NCBI GenBank assembly: GCA_965233865.1
Contig: OZ247587.1
Coordinates: 1,675,546 to 1,739,545, forward strand
DNA length: 64,000 bases
Direction: 5' to 3'
Source of the DNA: Candidatus Neptunichlamydia sp.
Lineage (GTDB): Bacteria > Chlamydiota > Chlamydiia > Chlamydiales > Simkaniaceae
Shown: piece after piece, positions 20,005 through 34,040 of the stretch
Numbering within the stretch: the first letter of the stretch is position 1
Layout of the letters: each line of letters opens with the position of its first letter
Position numbers and translations under genes: made by a program
Notes under the pieces: generated by a model
Database searches by the model: none
Told to the model about the DNA's origin: nothing
Seen by the model: the letters and a program-made list of their open reading frames with translations, nothing else

Positions 20005-20988
20005 TTATTCATCTGAGCTGGGAGTAAGGATTTTTAAGGAAGAGGGAAGGACCCGAATATAGACGTCTCCATCAAAGTCGAGGGGCTCTCCATCGATATG
20101 AAGAGTTTTAAGTGGTTTTTTAAGGATCACTTCTTGGCAGCGGAAGGTTTCAGTATACTTGGAATCTTCAAGGTGTTTAGTGAATAGATCATGGACAAGT
20201 TTAGGGGCTGCATGAGGGGGGAATTCTTTCCAGATAATTACATCTAGAAAGCCATCGTCGATTTTTGCATTGGGGGCGATGAAAGCATTGTTTCCATACT
20301 GTTTGGTATTTGCAAAGCAAATGAGAAACGCTTTTTTATGGAGGGGCTTTCCGTCAATAATGAGATCATAGTATTGCGGTTTGTATTGGGGAAGTTCGGA
20401 GAGAACGGCAAGGAGGTAAGAGGCAGGGCCGCGGATATTAAAATTGGCAAACGTAGCACTCACATCAGCGTCAAAACCGATTCCAGCGACTCCCAAGTAT
20501 GCTTCTTCATTAATCTGAACGGTATCGATCCATTGGTCATGCTGCTCGTTGATGATTTGGATTGCTTTGGCAGTGTCGGTAGGAATATCCAAATGGCGGG
20601 CAAACCCATTTCCTGAGCCGGTAGGCACAATGGCTAACGTTGCATGCGATCCGATCATTCCTTGAGCCACTTCATTAACCGATCCATCTCCTCCGACAGC
20701 GACAATAATTTCAGACCCTCGCCTAATCGCTCCGGCGCTAAGTTCTGTGGCATGTTTATGGTAGGCTGTGTAGAGAATTTCGTAGTCAAAGGCCATGCGA
20801 TTGAGATTTTTTTTGACAATCCGCTCAATCTTCTTTTGTTTTCCTACTCCAGATATGGGATTTACAATAAAAGTAACTTTAGTTTTCCCAAATAAAGATC
20901 CACAAAATACTAATAATAAAATTAATGCCTTATTCATATTCAATAAGTATATTCTATTAGAAAATAGTAGACAAGGAGGGAGTGTCAT
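20005..20988 (-). CDS. Diacylglycerol-kinase-family lipid kinase (YegS/BmrU-like) with hydrophobic N-terminus
   Basis: FIVNPISGVGK, VAVGGDGSVNEVAQGM and PTGSGNGFAR motifs of the DAGK catalytic domain. The likely start MNKALILLLVFCGSLFG at 20937 looks like a signal peptide or membrane anchor. Confidence 0.75.
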   Translation of the reverse strand: MTLPPCLLFSNRIYLLNMNKALILLLVFCGSLFGKTKVTFIVNPISGVGKQKKIERIVKKNLNRMAFDYEILYTAYHKHATELSAGAIRRGSEIIVAVGGDGSVNEVAQGMIGSHATLAIVPTGSGNGFARHLDIPTDTAKAIQIINEQHDQWIDTVQINEEAYLGVAGIGFDADVSATFANFNIRGPASYLLAVLSELPQYKPQYYDLIIDGKPLHKKAFLICFANTKQYGNNAFIAPNAKIDDGFLDVIIWKEFPPHAAPKLVHDLFTKHLEDSKYTETFRCQEVILKKPLKTLHIDGEPLDFDGDVYIRVLPSSLKILTPSSDE

Positions 20989-21005
20989 CAGTAAGATGAC
21001 CGGGT

Positions 21006-25030
<4,025 letters not shown>

Positions 25031-25064
25031 CAGTTACTCTAAGCTCTAACCTTAAGGTGGTGTT

Positions 25065-25667
25065 ATGATCAAAGTTATTTTCGGTGGATTTATTGGTGCC
25101 ATCATTGCTTTTGCGTGGTCCTTTGTTTCATGGGCCATTTTGCCTTGGCACGACTCTGCCATGAATAAGTTTTCTAACCAGGAATTTGTCTCGTGGGTAG
25201 TCAAGGAAAATGCGCCTAAAGGTGGAGTCTACATTGCCCCTTATTTCAAGTCGACAGATGCTGATTTTTCTCCAGGGGAAATCTCTCAAAATCTTGATGA
25301 GCAGAAAGCCTCAATGAAGAAAGGACCTTTGGTTTACGCACAAGTTAAGCTGCAAGGAACCGATCCTACAAGCTTCAAAATCCACTTCTATTCTTTTTTA
25401 ACCCAGTTTGCTGGAGCTATTCTCATTTGTTGGCTTCTAAAACAAGCTATTGATATGAGTTATAAGGGACGTCTTCTCTTTGTAACGATTGTTGGACTCA
25501 CCATTGGGGTACTGGGTTTTATTCCAGATTGGAACTGGTTTGGTGCTGGGTGGAAATTCACTTTTTTCATGATTACAGATCTTGTGGTGACCTGGTTTCT
25601 TGTAGGGATCTTCATTGCGGCTTTCATCAAAGATGGCGAAGCTCCCGAAAGAGAACTTATGATGTAG
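25065..25667 (+). CDS. Hypothetical membrane protein (about 4 TM)
   Basis: 200 aa. It has an N-terminal TM helix and three C-terminal hydrophobic helices. No motif recognised. Confidence 0.5.
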   Translation: MIKVIFGGFIGAIIAFAWSFVSWAILPWHDSAMNKFSNQEFVSWVVKENAPKGGVYIAPYFKSTDADFSPGEISQNLDEQKASMKKGPLVYAQVKLQGTDPTSFKIHFYSFLTQFAGAILICWLLKQAIDMSYKGRLLFVTIVGLTIGVLGFIPDWNWFGAGWKFTFFMITDLVVTWFLVGIFIAAFIKDGEAPERELMM

Positions 25668-27024
25668 AAGCGGATTCTCCGATGAGGGTTTGATGATTGC
25701 AGCTGTGGAGCTTTACACTTTGCAGTGTACCGATCATGGAATCATCTCCTGGAAAAATTACCTTTTTCCAACAGCGGGTGCGTCCTTTGAGCTGACCATC
25801 ACGGTTCTTTCTTTCGACAAGGACTTCTGCTTCATTTCCCAGAAAGCTACGGCGTTCTTCTGAAGAGATTTCTTCATGAAGAGCAATGAGACGCTGGAGG
25901 CGTTTTTCTTTGACATCCTCTGGGATATCATCCTTCCAACGCATTGCAGGGGTTCCCTTTCGAGGGCTATAAGTATAGAGGAAGGCAACAGAGTAGCGGA
26001 CCTGGCGGAAAACCTCTAGAGTTTCTTCGAATTCTTCTTCGGTTTCCGTTGGAAAACCCACAATAATGTCTGTGCCGAGCGAAACATTAGGGACAATTTC
26101 CTTTAGTAGAGAAACCTTTTCAAAGTATTGCTCTTTGGTGTAGATCCGATGCATCTTCTTTAGAATACGGCTGGATCCTGCTTGAATCGGAAAATGGACA
26201 AACTCGCAGAGGGAGGGGAGGTCTCGAATGGCTTCCATAAGCTCGCGTGTGATGTCGATGGGGTGGCTTGTCATGAAACGGATGCGCTCAATCCCACTTA
26301 CTTTATCAAGGCGGTAGAGAAGGTCGTGGAAGAGTTCCTGCCAGTCGGGCTTGTCTTTTCCATAGCTGTTTACATTTTGTCCGAGGAGGGTGATTTCTTT
26401 ATATCCTTGGTCAGCGAGGAGGCGGACTTCTTTTTCGATATCTTCAGAGGGGCGAGAGACTTCTTGACCTCGGGTGTAGGGGACAACGCAGTAGGTACAA
26501 AATTTGTCACATCCTCGAATAATGGAGACGTGAGCCTTATATTTGTCATCTCGACTCGCAACCAGATAATCAAGATTTTCTTCGAATTGGTCGTCGGTTC
26601 GGATTTGTTGCCTCCCGGTCTCTAAGAGATTGCTTAGAACAGTGTCTAGATCGGTGATATTATTAGTTCCAATCACGAAGTCAACATTAGGAAGTTTTTT
26701 AAAAAGTGTGTCTTTTTTGGCCATTGCCATACAACCGGTAATTCCAATGAGTTGCTTCTTCTTTCCTCTACCGAGCTGCCCGATTTTCCCCATGACTTTT
26801 CGTTCTGCAAGGTCTCGGATTGAGCATGTGTTAAAGAGGAGAAGGTCTCCCTCCTTTTCGTTATAGACCCGTTTCAGCCCGCGCTTGAGGAGTTGTCCAA
26901 TCATTATTTCAGAGTCTAGTTCGTTCATTTGGCACCCGTAGGTACGCATAAAAAATGTTTTTGGCTTATCCATAAGTGCCGAGTTTAACCCAAATGCATT
27001 CAAATTTTCAAGGATAGAATTCAC
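25657..27024 (-). CDS. miaB: tRNA-i6A37 methylthiotransferase MiaB
   Basis: FMRTYGCQMNELDSE, radical-SAM CDKFCTYCVVPYTRG, C-terminal TRAM domain. 455 aa. Confidence 0.9.
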   Translation of the reverse strand: MNSILENLNAFGLNSALMDKPKTFFMRTYGCQMNELDSEIMIGQLLKRGLKRVYNEKEGDLLLFNTCSIRDLAERKVMGKIGQLGRGKKKQLIGITGCMAMAKKDTLFKKLPNVDFVIGTNNITDLDTVLSNLLETGRQQIRTDDQFEENLDYLVASRDDKYKAHVSIIRGCDKFCTYCVVPYTRGQEVSRPSEDIEKEVRLLADQGYKEITLLGQNVNSYGKDKPDWQELFHDLLYRLDKVSGIERIRFMTSHPIDITRELMEAIRDLPSLCEFVHFPIQAGSSRILKKMHRIYTKEQYFEKVSLLKEIVPNVSLGTDIIVGFPTETEEEFEETLEVFRQVRYSVAFLYTYSPRKGTPAMRWKDDIPEDVKEKRLQRLIALHEEISSEERRSFLGNEAEVLVERKNRDGQLKGRTRCWKKVIFPGDDSMIGTLQSVKLHSCNHQTLIGESASTS

Positions 27025-27128
27025 CCTCTCAGGGGTTCAAAGAAAAATTTAGTCAACGAAAGGGTTGGCAAAAAAAAGGCAGAACCTGTATATTGTTGCC
27101 TCAAACGTTAATGAGAAAGGAACCAGAA

Positions 27129-27578
27129 ATGGCTAAACGAAAAGATTCGACCATTCTACTGACCAAAGAAGAAGCTCAAGCTGCAAAAGGATGGGTGACT
27201 CTCGATGCAAAGGGAAAGACTTTAGGTAGATTTGCTTCCGAAGTCGCCCAGATATTGCGTGGGAAGCACAAAACAAACTTCACACCTCACGTTGACAGCG
27301 GGGATGGAGTGATCATTCTTAATGCTGAGCATGTGGTTGTCAGTGGAAATAAAGAAGCTCAAAAAGTATATCGACACTACACTGGGCATATCGGTGGTCT
27401 CAGAGAGATCCCTTATCGTGTAATGAAAGAAAGAAAACCGACCTATATCCTCCGGCATGCTGTTCAAGGGATGATGCCCAAGACAAAGCTGGGGAAAGCA
27501 CAACTTAAAAGACTACGTATTTTTGCAGGGGAGACTCACAACCTAGCAGCGCAAAAACCCCTATTTGTAGAGGTATAA
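27129..27578 (+). CDS. rplM: 50S ribosomal protein L13
   Basis: [27 protein letters not shown]...TGHIGG. The ATG at 27129 has an AAAGGA Shine-Dalgarno sequence 9 nt upstream. The tracked ORF begins further upstream at a TTG. Confidence 0.9.
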   Translation: MAKRKDSTILLTKEEAQAAKGWVTLDAKGKTLGRFASEVAQILRGKHKTNFTPHVDSGDGVIILNAEHVVVSGNKEAQKVYRHYTGHIGGLREIPYRVMKERKPTYILRHAVQGMMPKTKLGKAQLKRLRIFAGETHNLAAQKPLFVEV

Positions 27579-27585
27579 GGAAACT

Positions 27586-27981
27586 ATGGCAACGAAGAAA
27601 GAATCAATCGGAGTTGGAAGACGAAAGCGAGCGATCGCTGCAGTAAGACTTCGCCGCGGAAAAGGAAATATTGACGTCAATGGACGGAAAATTGAAGAGT
27701 ATTTTACAACTGAGCTTCAAAGAGAAACAATCCTTTCCCCTCTTGTTAAATTACAACTCGAAAATAATTATGACATTATTATCCGCGCCAAAGGGGGCGG
27801 AATCCAAGGTCAAATGATCGCTGCAAGACTCGGAATTGCACGTGCTCTCGTTAAGGAAGACGAAGAGAGACGAGCTTCTCTCAAAGGTGAAGGGTTTCTC
27901 ACTAGAGATCCTCGTAAGCGTGAGCGTAAGAAATATGGTCTTGCTGGTGCAAGAAAACGCTTTCAATTCTCTAAGCGTTAA
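27586..27981 (+). CDS. rpsI: 30S ribosomal protein S9
   Basis: [14 protein letters not shown]...GGGIQGQ...[25 protein letters not shown]. Confidence 0.95.
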   Translation: MATKKESIGVGRRKRAIAAVRLRRGKGNIDVNGRKIEEYFTTELQRETILSPLVKLQLENNYDIIIRAKGGGIQGQMIAARLGIARALVKEDEERRASLKGEGFLTRDPRKRERKKYGLAGARKRFQFSKR

Positions 27982-28009
27982 AATTTACCTCTCTTTTCTT
28001 TTTACACGA

Positions 28010-28038
28010 AGTCCTGGGGATCACCTCAGGACTTTTTT
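28010..28038 (+). terminator. Rho-independent terminator after rplM-rpsI
   Basis: AGTCCTG / CAGGACT stem (28010-28016 and 28027-28033) followed by a T-run to 28038. Confidence 0.6.
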
Positions 28039-28095
28039 GTTGAGCAAATGGCCACCGTAAATACGGGAATAGTCGCTAGAACGTCGTGAAATAGA

Positions 28096-29598
28096 TCAAT
28101 ACTTAGATTTTAGATAATCCATATAAGGTTGAGGGGAAAGAGGAGACCCTGTGGCATTTTCAATAAGTTCAAGTGAGTGGAATTCGCGGCCATGACAGTG
28201 AATTTTTTCGTAGAGGAACTTTTGGATAAAAGAGAGATTTCCATCGGCTATTGAAGTTGCATAGTTTGGAAAAGTTTGTGTGAAGGTTTCGAAGACTTGT
28301 CCGGAGTAGAGATTCCCAAGGGCATAGGTAGGAAAATATCCAATTAAGCCAAAAGCCCAGTGGATATCTTGAAGGCATCCATCGGCATCGGTGTTTGGGA
28401 CAATCCCGAGAGACTCTTCCATTTTCTTATTCCAGATACGTGGAAGATCAGCCAGATCGATTGATCCTGTGATAAATTCCTTTTCAATTTCATAACGGAT
28501 AATGATGTGGAGGATGTAAGTCACCTCATCAGCATAGACGCGAATCAGAGAGGGTTCCACATGGTTAATAGTATTAATAAAGTGATCAAGCGTGACCCCT
28601 TTAAGTTGTTTTGGAAAAGCTTTTTCGAGATGGGGGAAAGCAAACTCCCACAAGGGGCGCCCTTGTCCAATAAAACATTCCCACCAACGAGACTGGCTTT
28701 CATGAACACCTAAAGAACATGCGTCAGCAAGGGGGGTTCCTAGATCTTCATAAGGAAGGCCAAGCTCATAAAGGGCGTGTCCGCCTTCATGAAGAACAGC
28801 GAAGATACTATTAAAGAAAGAAGTTGTACTGGTGAAGGTTGTAAAGCGCACATCATGAGGATTGAAACCCGTACAGAATGGATGGGCAGAAAAATCAAGC
28901 CGTGCTCTATTTAAATCTACTCCCATTTTTTCTAGAAGAAAATGGTTGAATTTTTGCTGTTCATTCAGAGGATAGCTGGCCGAAAGAAAAGCCATTTCTT
29001 CTCCTTTTTTGGAGAGTTTCCTCGTAAGATCGGTTAAAAAAGGCTTCAGCACTCCAAAAAGAGAGTCAAGTTTTTTTGAAGTCATCCCCGGTTCATAGAG
29101 ATTTAAAAGAGCGTCGTAGGGGTGCTCATCATAACCAAGGTAATCTACTTTTTCTTTATGAAGAGCAACGATTTCTTTCAGATGAGGGAGGAATGCCTCG
29201 TAATTGTTATCTTTCTTGGCATGCTGCCAAGCATTTACACCCTGAGAGGTTGCTTTTGCAAGTTTTTTGACAAAGGCATTAGGAAGCTTGGCCTCTTGAA
29301 GAAAATCAGAACGAAATTCTCTTAAGGAGGCCTTTTTTCTTCCATCAAGAGCATCGGATCTCACTTCACCAGATTCAAGATCAATTAATTTTTCAAGAGC
29401 GTGTTTGTACTCGGTACTTGTCTTTTCTTTATGCATGAGGGAGGTAACAAGCTCAATTTGGCTTGAACGAAAATCAATCCCATCCTTTGGCATAAAGGTT
29501 TCTTGATCCCACTCAAGGAGCATAGAAACCGAAGAAAGTAGGCGGAGATCCTTTCCTCGTTCCTTTAATTTTTCATAATCTTTTAGGACTCCGGACAT
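28096..29598 (-). CDS. Carboxypeptidase, M32 family (Taq-type metallocarboxypeptidase)
   Basis: HEGGHALYE zinc motif, HESQSRWWE, IRVYADEVTYILHI. 500 aa. Confidence 0.85.
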   Translation of the reverse strand: MSGVLKDYEKLKERGKDLRLLSSVSMLLEWDQETFMPKDGIDFRSSQIELVTSLMHKEKTSTEYKHALEKLIDLESGEVRSDALDGRKKASLREFRSDFLQEAKLPNAFVKKLAKATSQGVNAWQHAKKDNNYEAFLPHLKEIVALHKEKVDYLGYDEHPYDALLNLYEPGMTSKKLDSLFGVLKPFLTDLTRKLSKKGEEMAFLSASYPLNEQQKFNHFLLEKMGVDLNRARLDFSAHPFCTGFNPHDVRFTTFTSTTSFFNSIFAVLHEGGHALYELGLPYEDLGTPLADACSLGVHESQSRWWECFIGQGRPLWEFAFPHLEKAFPKQLKGVTLDHFINTINHVEPSLIRVYADEVTYILHIIIRYEIEKEFITGSIDLADLPRIWNKKMEESLGIVPNTDADGCLQDIHWAFGLIGYFPTYALGNLYSGQVFETFTQTFPNYATSIADGNLSFIQKFLYEKIHCHGREFHSLELIENATGSPLSPQPYMDYLKSKY

Positions 29599-30317
29599 GA
29601 CTTTTTTCTCCTTATAAGTAGTTTTTCAATTCCGTTGATGCACCAGTTAGCAAAAGGAGTTCCAAAAGCAAGACTGGAGGCCAAGATGGCTATCGAAGCG
29701 CTTCCGATTAAGTTGTCTGTGAGCCAGTGTGCTCCTGCAATTAGACGGGGCAAACAAAAAAAGATCGCATAAAGGATAGCAATAAATCCGGCCCGTTTTC
29801 CCATTAGGTAGAAGATCAGGCAAGTAAACAGAGTGGCCGTCGTTGCATGATCTCCAGGAAAGCTTTTTCGAGAATGGTCCTTAACCTTGATCCAATCCAC
29901 AACACTAGAGAGTCGAAAAGCGCTTTTATCGACTATCGTAGGACTCTTCCGTGGAACGTGGATGAACTCTGGGAAAAGGATTCCATTGACCATACAAATC
30001 ACGAGTGCAATAAACAAGGCCGAAAAGATCATTTCAGCAACCTTTTTCTTCTTAAAAGAAGCTGCTGCGCAAAAGATATTAATAAAGAAAAAAAGGAACA
30101 TCAAAAGATCATGGATCCAATCCATAATGCGATGTCCTGTAAATGCCCAAAAGCTTTGCCAAAAAACACTATGGTGAACCCAAGAATTAAGAAAAGTAAA
30201 TGTCTTGAGATCAATAGCATCCCACCAAATCCGTGTCAGAGGATTGAACCAGCTCAAATATACAAGAAGGATCAGAGAAGGGGGGATTATTAATTTTTTG
30301 TAATTCATCTGATGCAC
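29583..30317 (-). CDS. PAP2-family phosphatase (membrane)
   Basis: Acid phosphatase motifs SFPGDH and AGAHWLTD, multiple TM helices. Overlaps the downstream gene. Confidence 0.75.
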   Translation of the reverse strand: MHQMNYKKLIIPPSLILLVYLSWFNPLTRIWWDAIDLKTFTFLNSWVHHSVFWQSFWAFTGHRIMDWIHDLLMFLFFFINIFCAAASFKKKKVAEMIFSALFIALVICMVNGILFPEFIHVPRKSPTIVDKSAFRLSSVVDWIKVKDHSRKSFPGDHATTATLFTCLIFYLMGKRAGFIAILYAIFFCLPRLIAGAHWLTDNLIGSASIAILASSLAFGTPFANWCINGIEKLLIRRKKSCPES

Positions 30318-31396
30318 ATTTTAATGAATCGGGGCCCAAAAATGAAGAAAAAAGCGATCGGGAGGGTGAAGATTGCCCAAAATGGGGGGACGACATGTAG
30401 CTCTCCCAGAATAACACACCCATCCATGATGGTAAAAAATGCGATGTATCCAAAAACTGTTAGAGAGAAAATAATAAAAGTTGGGTCATTTCGACTTGAA
30501 ACGACGCAGAAGGGAATCAATCCAATCAGAACCAGAACAGGAAGCCAAGGCATAAAAAGTTTAAAGTAGAGGTAAGTGTGAACAAGCCAGCGGTTTTCAT
30601 GAAAGAGACGGGTTTTATTAAGCGCCATGGTTGCTAATTGAGTCATCGATCGGTTTTCCATTGACTGCTCAAAATAATCTTGTAAATCAAAGTTTAAATA
30701 GAGCGATTCAAAAGAGTGCCTTGAAAAGGAAGAGACCTTTTCTATCTGTCCTTTTTCATTCCGTTTCATATGGTCGACAAAGGTTCCTACTGGGTGAGGA
30801 GATCTAATTTGTAGCGTTTTCATATGATAGATTTCATCAGAAGAGTGCACCCAGAAAATATCAACAAATTCTTTTTTTTCAGTATTGTAAGACTGATAGA
30901 GGAAGCGCGTACCATCTTCTAAGGAAAGAGAATGAACCGCTGTTTCAGTCTTTTTGTGAGATTTTTTTTTCTTTAGGTATTTTTGTTCAAAGTGATCAAT
31001 GTAGTTAAGCGACTTTGGGGCTAGAACTTCAAAGTTGTAATAGTTCGCTGCAACGCAGATCAGCCCTACAAAAAAGAAAGGACGGATGAGGTGATAAACA
31101 GGGATGCCAGCTGCTTGAAATGCAAGGAGTTCATTTCGCTTATTCAAGCTTGTTAGAATCTTTACACTTGAAATCAATAAAGATAGAGGGAGAAGGAGGT
31201 CACATCGTTTTAAAAAAAGCATTCCATAATAAATAGACAAATCCCCCCAAGAGATTTGATCATTCTTTAGGATTTCTTGTATGTGCATTGAGTAATCAAT
31301 CAAAACGTATAAGAAGAAAAAGCAGAACAAAAACAGAAAGAAAACCTTGAAAATCTCTTTTAATAGATAACGTTGCCAGATTTTTGTAAATATCAT
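30305..31396 (-). CDS. LptF/LptG-family LPS export permease
   Basis: 363 aa with the YjgP/YjgQ architecture: 3 TM, a periplasmic beta-jellyroll, then 3 TM. It is paired with and overlaps a paralogue. Confidence 0.75.
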   Translation of the reverse strand: MIFTKIWQRYLLKEIFKVFFLFLFCFFFLYVLIDYSMHIQEILKNDQISWGDLSIYYGMLFLKRCDLLLPLSLLISSVKILTSLNKRNELLAFQAAGIPVYHLIRPFFFVGLICVAANYYNFEVLAPKSLNYIDHFEQKYLKKKKSHKKTETAVHSLSLEDGTRFLYQSYNTEKKEFVDIFWVHSSDEIYHMKTLQIRSPHPVGTFVDHMKRNEKGQIEKVSSFSRHSFESLYLNFDLQDYFEQSMENRSMTQLATMALNKTRLFHENRWLVHTYLYFKLFMPWLPVLVLIGLIPFCVVSSRNDPTFIIFSLTVFGYIAFFTIMDGCVILGELHVVPPFWAIFTLPIAFFFIFGPRFIKMCIR

Positions 31397-32484
31397 TCAA
31401 TTCCTCCTAGGATCCGTTTTTGAAACCAATACGAAGCAAAGAGGAGAATCATCAATGGGAGAGAATAAAAGAAAATGACCTTGTGAGGGGAAAGCTGGAA
31501 TGATTTTGCGGCAATTGAACAGATAAAAGTAAATCCTGAGAGGAGGGTCGCCCAATAAAGCCCCTTTTTCTTTTGTCCCCGTCCAATTTGCATTCCCAAG
31601 GAAAAGCCTAAGAGATTAAAAGCAAAAGTAATGGATGGAAAAAAGAGGCGGCGGCAAAATTCAAATTTTGCCCGATTTATTATTTTGATGTTTGCATCTG
31701 GGTCGGAAAATGTGTGCAGGAGTGTTGTCATTGGAAGATGTTCCATCCCCAGTCTGTGAGTACTTTTTTTCATGAGATCTGAGAGAGCTGAGGCAGAAGT
31801 CGACATTGTCTCCTGGTTTTCGATAATTAAGCTATCAAAAAAATCAGGCTCTTCAGGGATATTGGAGATAATGGTCACTTGACTTCCTGTCATTAAGTTA
31901 TCATTAACAGCAAATTTTTTGGCTGTCATTAAACTGATGCGGTCAGTTGATTCATTTTTGACTGCAAAAATGATGTCTTTAGCTTCTCTTCCTAGGTGTG
32001 TCATCTTCATGTCGACATAAGAGTCTTGAAGTTTGAGCATCTTAGATTTTTTTATTAAAAATAGAGGGTTGATGGTTGTTGCGCTCTGAATTAAGTTTTG
32101 GGAGAGGTGGCGACATCTTGGAGTGACTTCTGCGACAATTGCAAAATTCACAACAGAAAGAAGAAAGGCAGCCATAAGTAGGGGAGTTCCGAGTGTTTTG
32201 ACTCCAATGCCTGAGGCTCGAAAGGCGGTGAGTTCTTGGGTATGGGAAAGGCGCTGCAAAAGAAGAATTGCTGAAATTAATCCAGAAATCGGAATCGCGA
32301 TGGGGAGGATATGGGGGATTTGAAAGAGTGTAAAGAGAAGAACCTTACCTAAATGAGAGTTTAAGGCAACAAGACGCGCAATTTCCTGAATCCGCGTAAC
32401 GAGTAGGACGGAGATAAACCCAACGACACATAGAAAAAAAACTTGAAAATAGTTACGAAGAAGCAATCGCCACACGAGAGGCAT
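31393..32484 (-). CDS. LptF/LptG-family LPS export permease
   Basis: 363 aa with the same architecture. It forms a tandem overlapping pair with 30305-31396. Confidence 0.75.
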   Translation of the reverse strand: MPLVWRLLLRNYFQVFFLCVVGFISVLLVTRIQEIARLVALNSHLGKVLLFTLFQIPHILPIAIPISGLISAILLLQRLSHTQELTAFRASGIGVKTLGTPLLMAAFLLSVVNFAIVAEVTPRCRHLSQNLIQSATTINPLFLIKKSKMLKLQDSYVDMKMTHLGREAKDIIFAVKNESTDRISLMTAKKFAVNDNLMTGSQVTIISNIPEEPDFFDSLIIENQETMSTSASALSDLMKKSTHRLGMEHLPMTTLLHTFSDPDANIKIINRAKFEFCRRLFFPSITFAFNLLGFSLGMQIGRGQKKKGLYWATLLSGFTFICSIAAKSFQLSPHKVIFFYSLPLMILLFASYWFQKRILGGIE

Positions 32485-32538
32485 TTATTACCTTAATTAT
32501 GCAAAATAAATCCCTCTTAGTGTATCCTAATTCCTTTT

Positions 32539-33765
32539 TTGTCGAAAGAAGCGATGTACGATCGTATTGTAAAAGATTTTCTAATTCTCCGATTAAAAAA
32601 GGGTTCGACTCTTCTTCTGGGGCTTTCAGGGGGACCAGATTCTATGGCGTTGCTTCATTTTCTCATGGAGGCTAAGAAGGAACTCAATTTTTTTCTCCAT
32701 GTAGCACACGTAGATCATGGATGGCGCGAAGAAAGTGGAAGAGAGGCAGAGACCCTTCGCCAAATGTCTAAGTACCATTCACTTCCTTTTTATCTCCATC
32801 GATTAGAAAAGATGGAGGGAAGAGATCTTGAAAATCGCTCTCGAAATGAAAGGTTAAAATTCTTCTGCGCTCTTCATTCAGAGCATCATTATCAAGCTCT
32901 GCTTCTAGCTCACCACAGTGGTGATCATGCTGAAACAGTATTCAAACGGGTCGCAGAAGGGGCAGGGTTGAGAGGTCTCGGAGGCCTATATGCTGAACGG
33001 TCTATTGAAAACCTTTCCGTGTGGCGTCCCCTTCTTTCTTTAAAAAAAAAAGACCTCTTGACTTACCTTCATAGAAAAAAACTCCACTACTTTGAAGACC
33101 CTACGAATCAAGATCCCAAATACCTCCGTTCTAGAATGAGACAAACACTTTTCCCCACTCTAGAGGAAATTTTTGGAAAGAGGATGGAGGGAAATTTTGC
33201 TAGAATTGGAAAAATGTGCCAGGAACTCGCCGACTATTTTGAAGAAAAAGGGGAAGAGATTGAAAAAAAACTGGTTTATGGCCCTTTTGGTGCTTACCTT
33301 AATTTAGAGCAAGGAATTCACTCTGTTGAGCTCAAGTACTATTTAAAAGAGTTAGCCCCCTTTTCTCACGATGCCCTTGAAGTGCTCATGAAACTCATTA
33401 GAGAGCGTCGTTGTTCGCGCCTAATTCAATCGGGAAATTTGACCTTTCAAATCACTCGATCGCACCTATTCATCTACCAGAATCCTTTTCCTGACTTTTT
33501 TGAAAAGAGTGAACTTTGGACAGAAGGAGAAAATGGAGACTGGAAAGAGTTTTGGCAGGGAAAGATTAAAATTGAAGAAGGTGTTACTTTGAAAAAGCTG
33601 TCGGAGGTCGAGCCGCTTCTTAAAAGAAAATTGAAGAAGTGGTTTGCAGCACACCATGTTCCTTCATTTTTTTATGATAAGGCTCCAATTTTTACGAAAG
33701 GGAATAAGGTTGTAGGAGATAGCCTTACTGGGAAAAACTTAAATATTTTATTAAAAGATAAATAA
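32539..33765 (+). CDS. tilS: tRNA(Ile)-lysidine synthase
   Basis: PP-loop LLGLSGGPDSMAL, VAHVDHGWR, LLLAHHSGDHAETV. The start may be the ATG at 32554. Confidence 0.85.
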   Translation: MSKEAMYDRIVKDFLILRLKKGSTLLLGLSGGPDSMALLHFLMEAKKELNFFLHVAHVDHGWREESGREAETLRQMSKYHSLPFYLHRLEKMEGRDLENRSRNERLKFFCALHSEHHYQALLLAHHSGDHAETVFKRVAEGAGLRGLGGLYAERSIENLSVWRPLLSLKKKDLLTYLHRKKLHYFEDPTNQDPKYLRSRMRQTLFPTLEEIFGKRMEGNFARIGKMCQELADYFEEKGEEIEKKLVYGPFGAYLNLEQGIHSVELKYYLKELAPFSHDALEVLMKLIRERRCSRLIQSGNLTFQITRSHLFIYQNPFPDFFEKSELWTEGENGDWKEFWQGKIKIEEGVTLKKLSEVEPLLKRKLKKWFAAHHVPSFFYDKAPIFTKGNKVVGDSLTGKNLNILLKDK

Positions 33766-34040
33766 GAAAAAAGATTACTCTAGCTTTGCTTTCTTCACAT
33801 TCTTTTTCTTTTCCCTCAGTCAAGCGCTTATGCTCATCGTTTAAGGGCGTTTTTTAACACAAGGCTTTAGATGTCAATATCTAAACTAAATAGAGAATTT
33901 TCTGATAAATGACTGGCTATCCTCTTTAGGCTTTTAATTGCAGTTTGATAAATTTTTCTATTCAGAAAAAGGGTAATTATTTAAAATAGTGTAGCTGCTA
34001 AGGTTTGATGCTGAGGCAGTTTGCTAATCGATGAAACATT

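Noticed and set aside
26182-26866. 147-aa and 78-aa plus-strand ORFs within 26182-26866
   Set aside because: They are antisense to miaB, which has unambiguous radical-SAM motifs.
29847-30293. 148-aa and 96-aa plus-strand ORFs
   Set aside because: They are antisense to the PAP2 phosphatase gene, which has clear family motifs. No motifs appear in the shadow frames.
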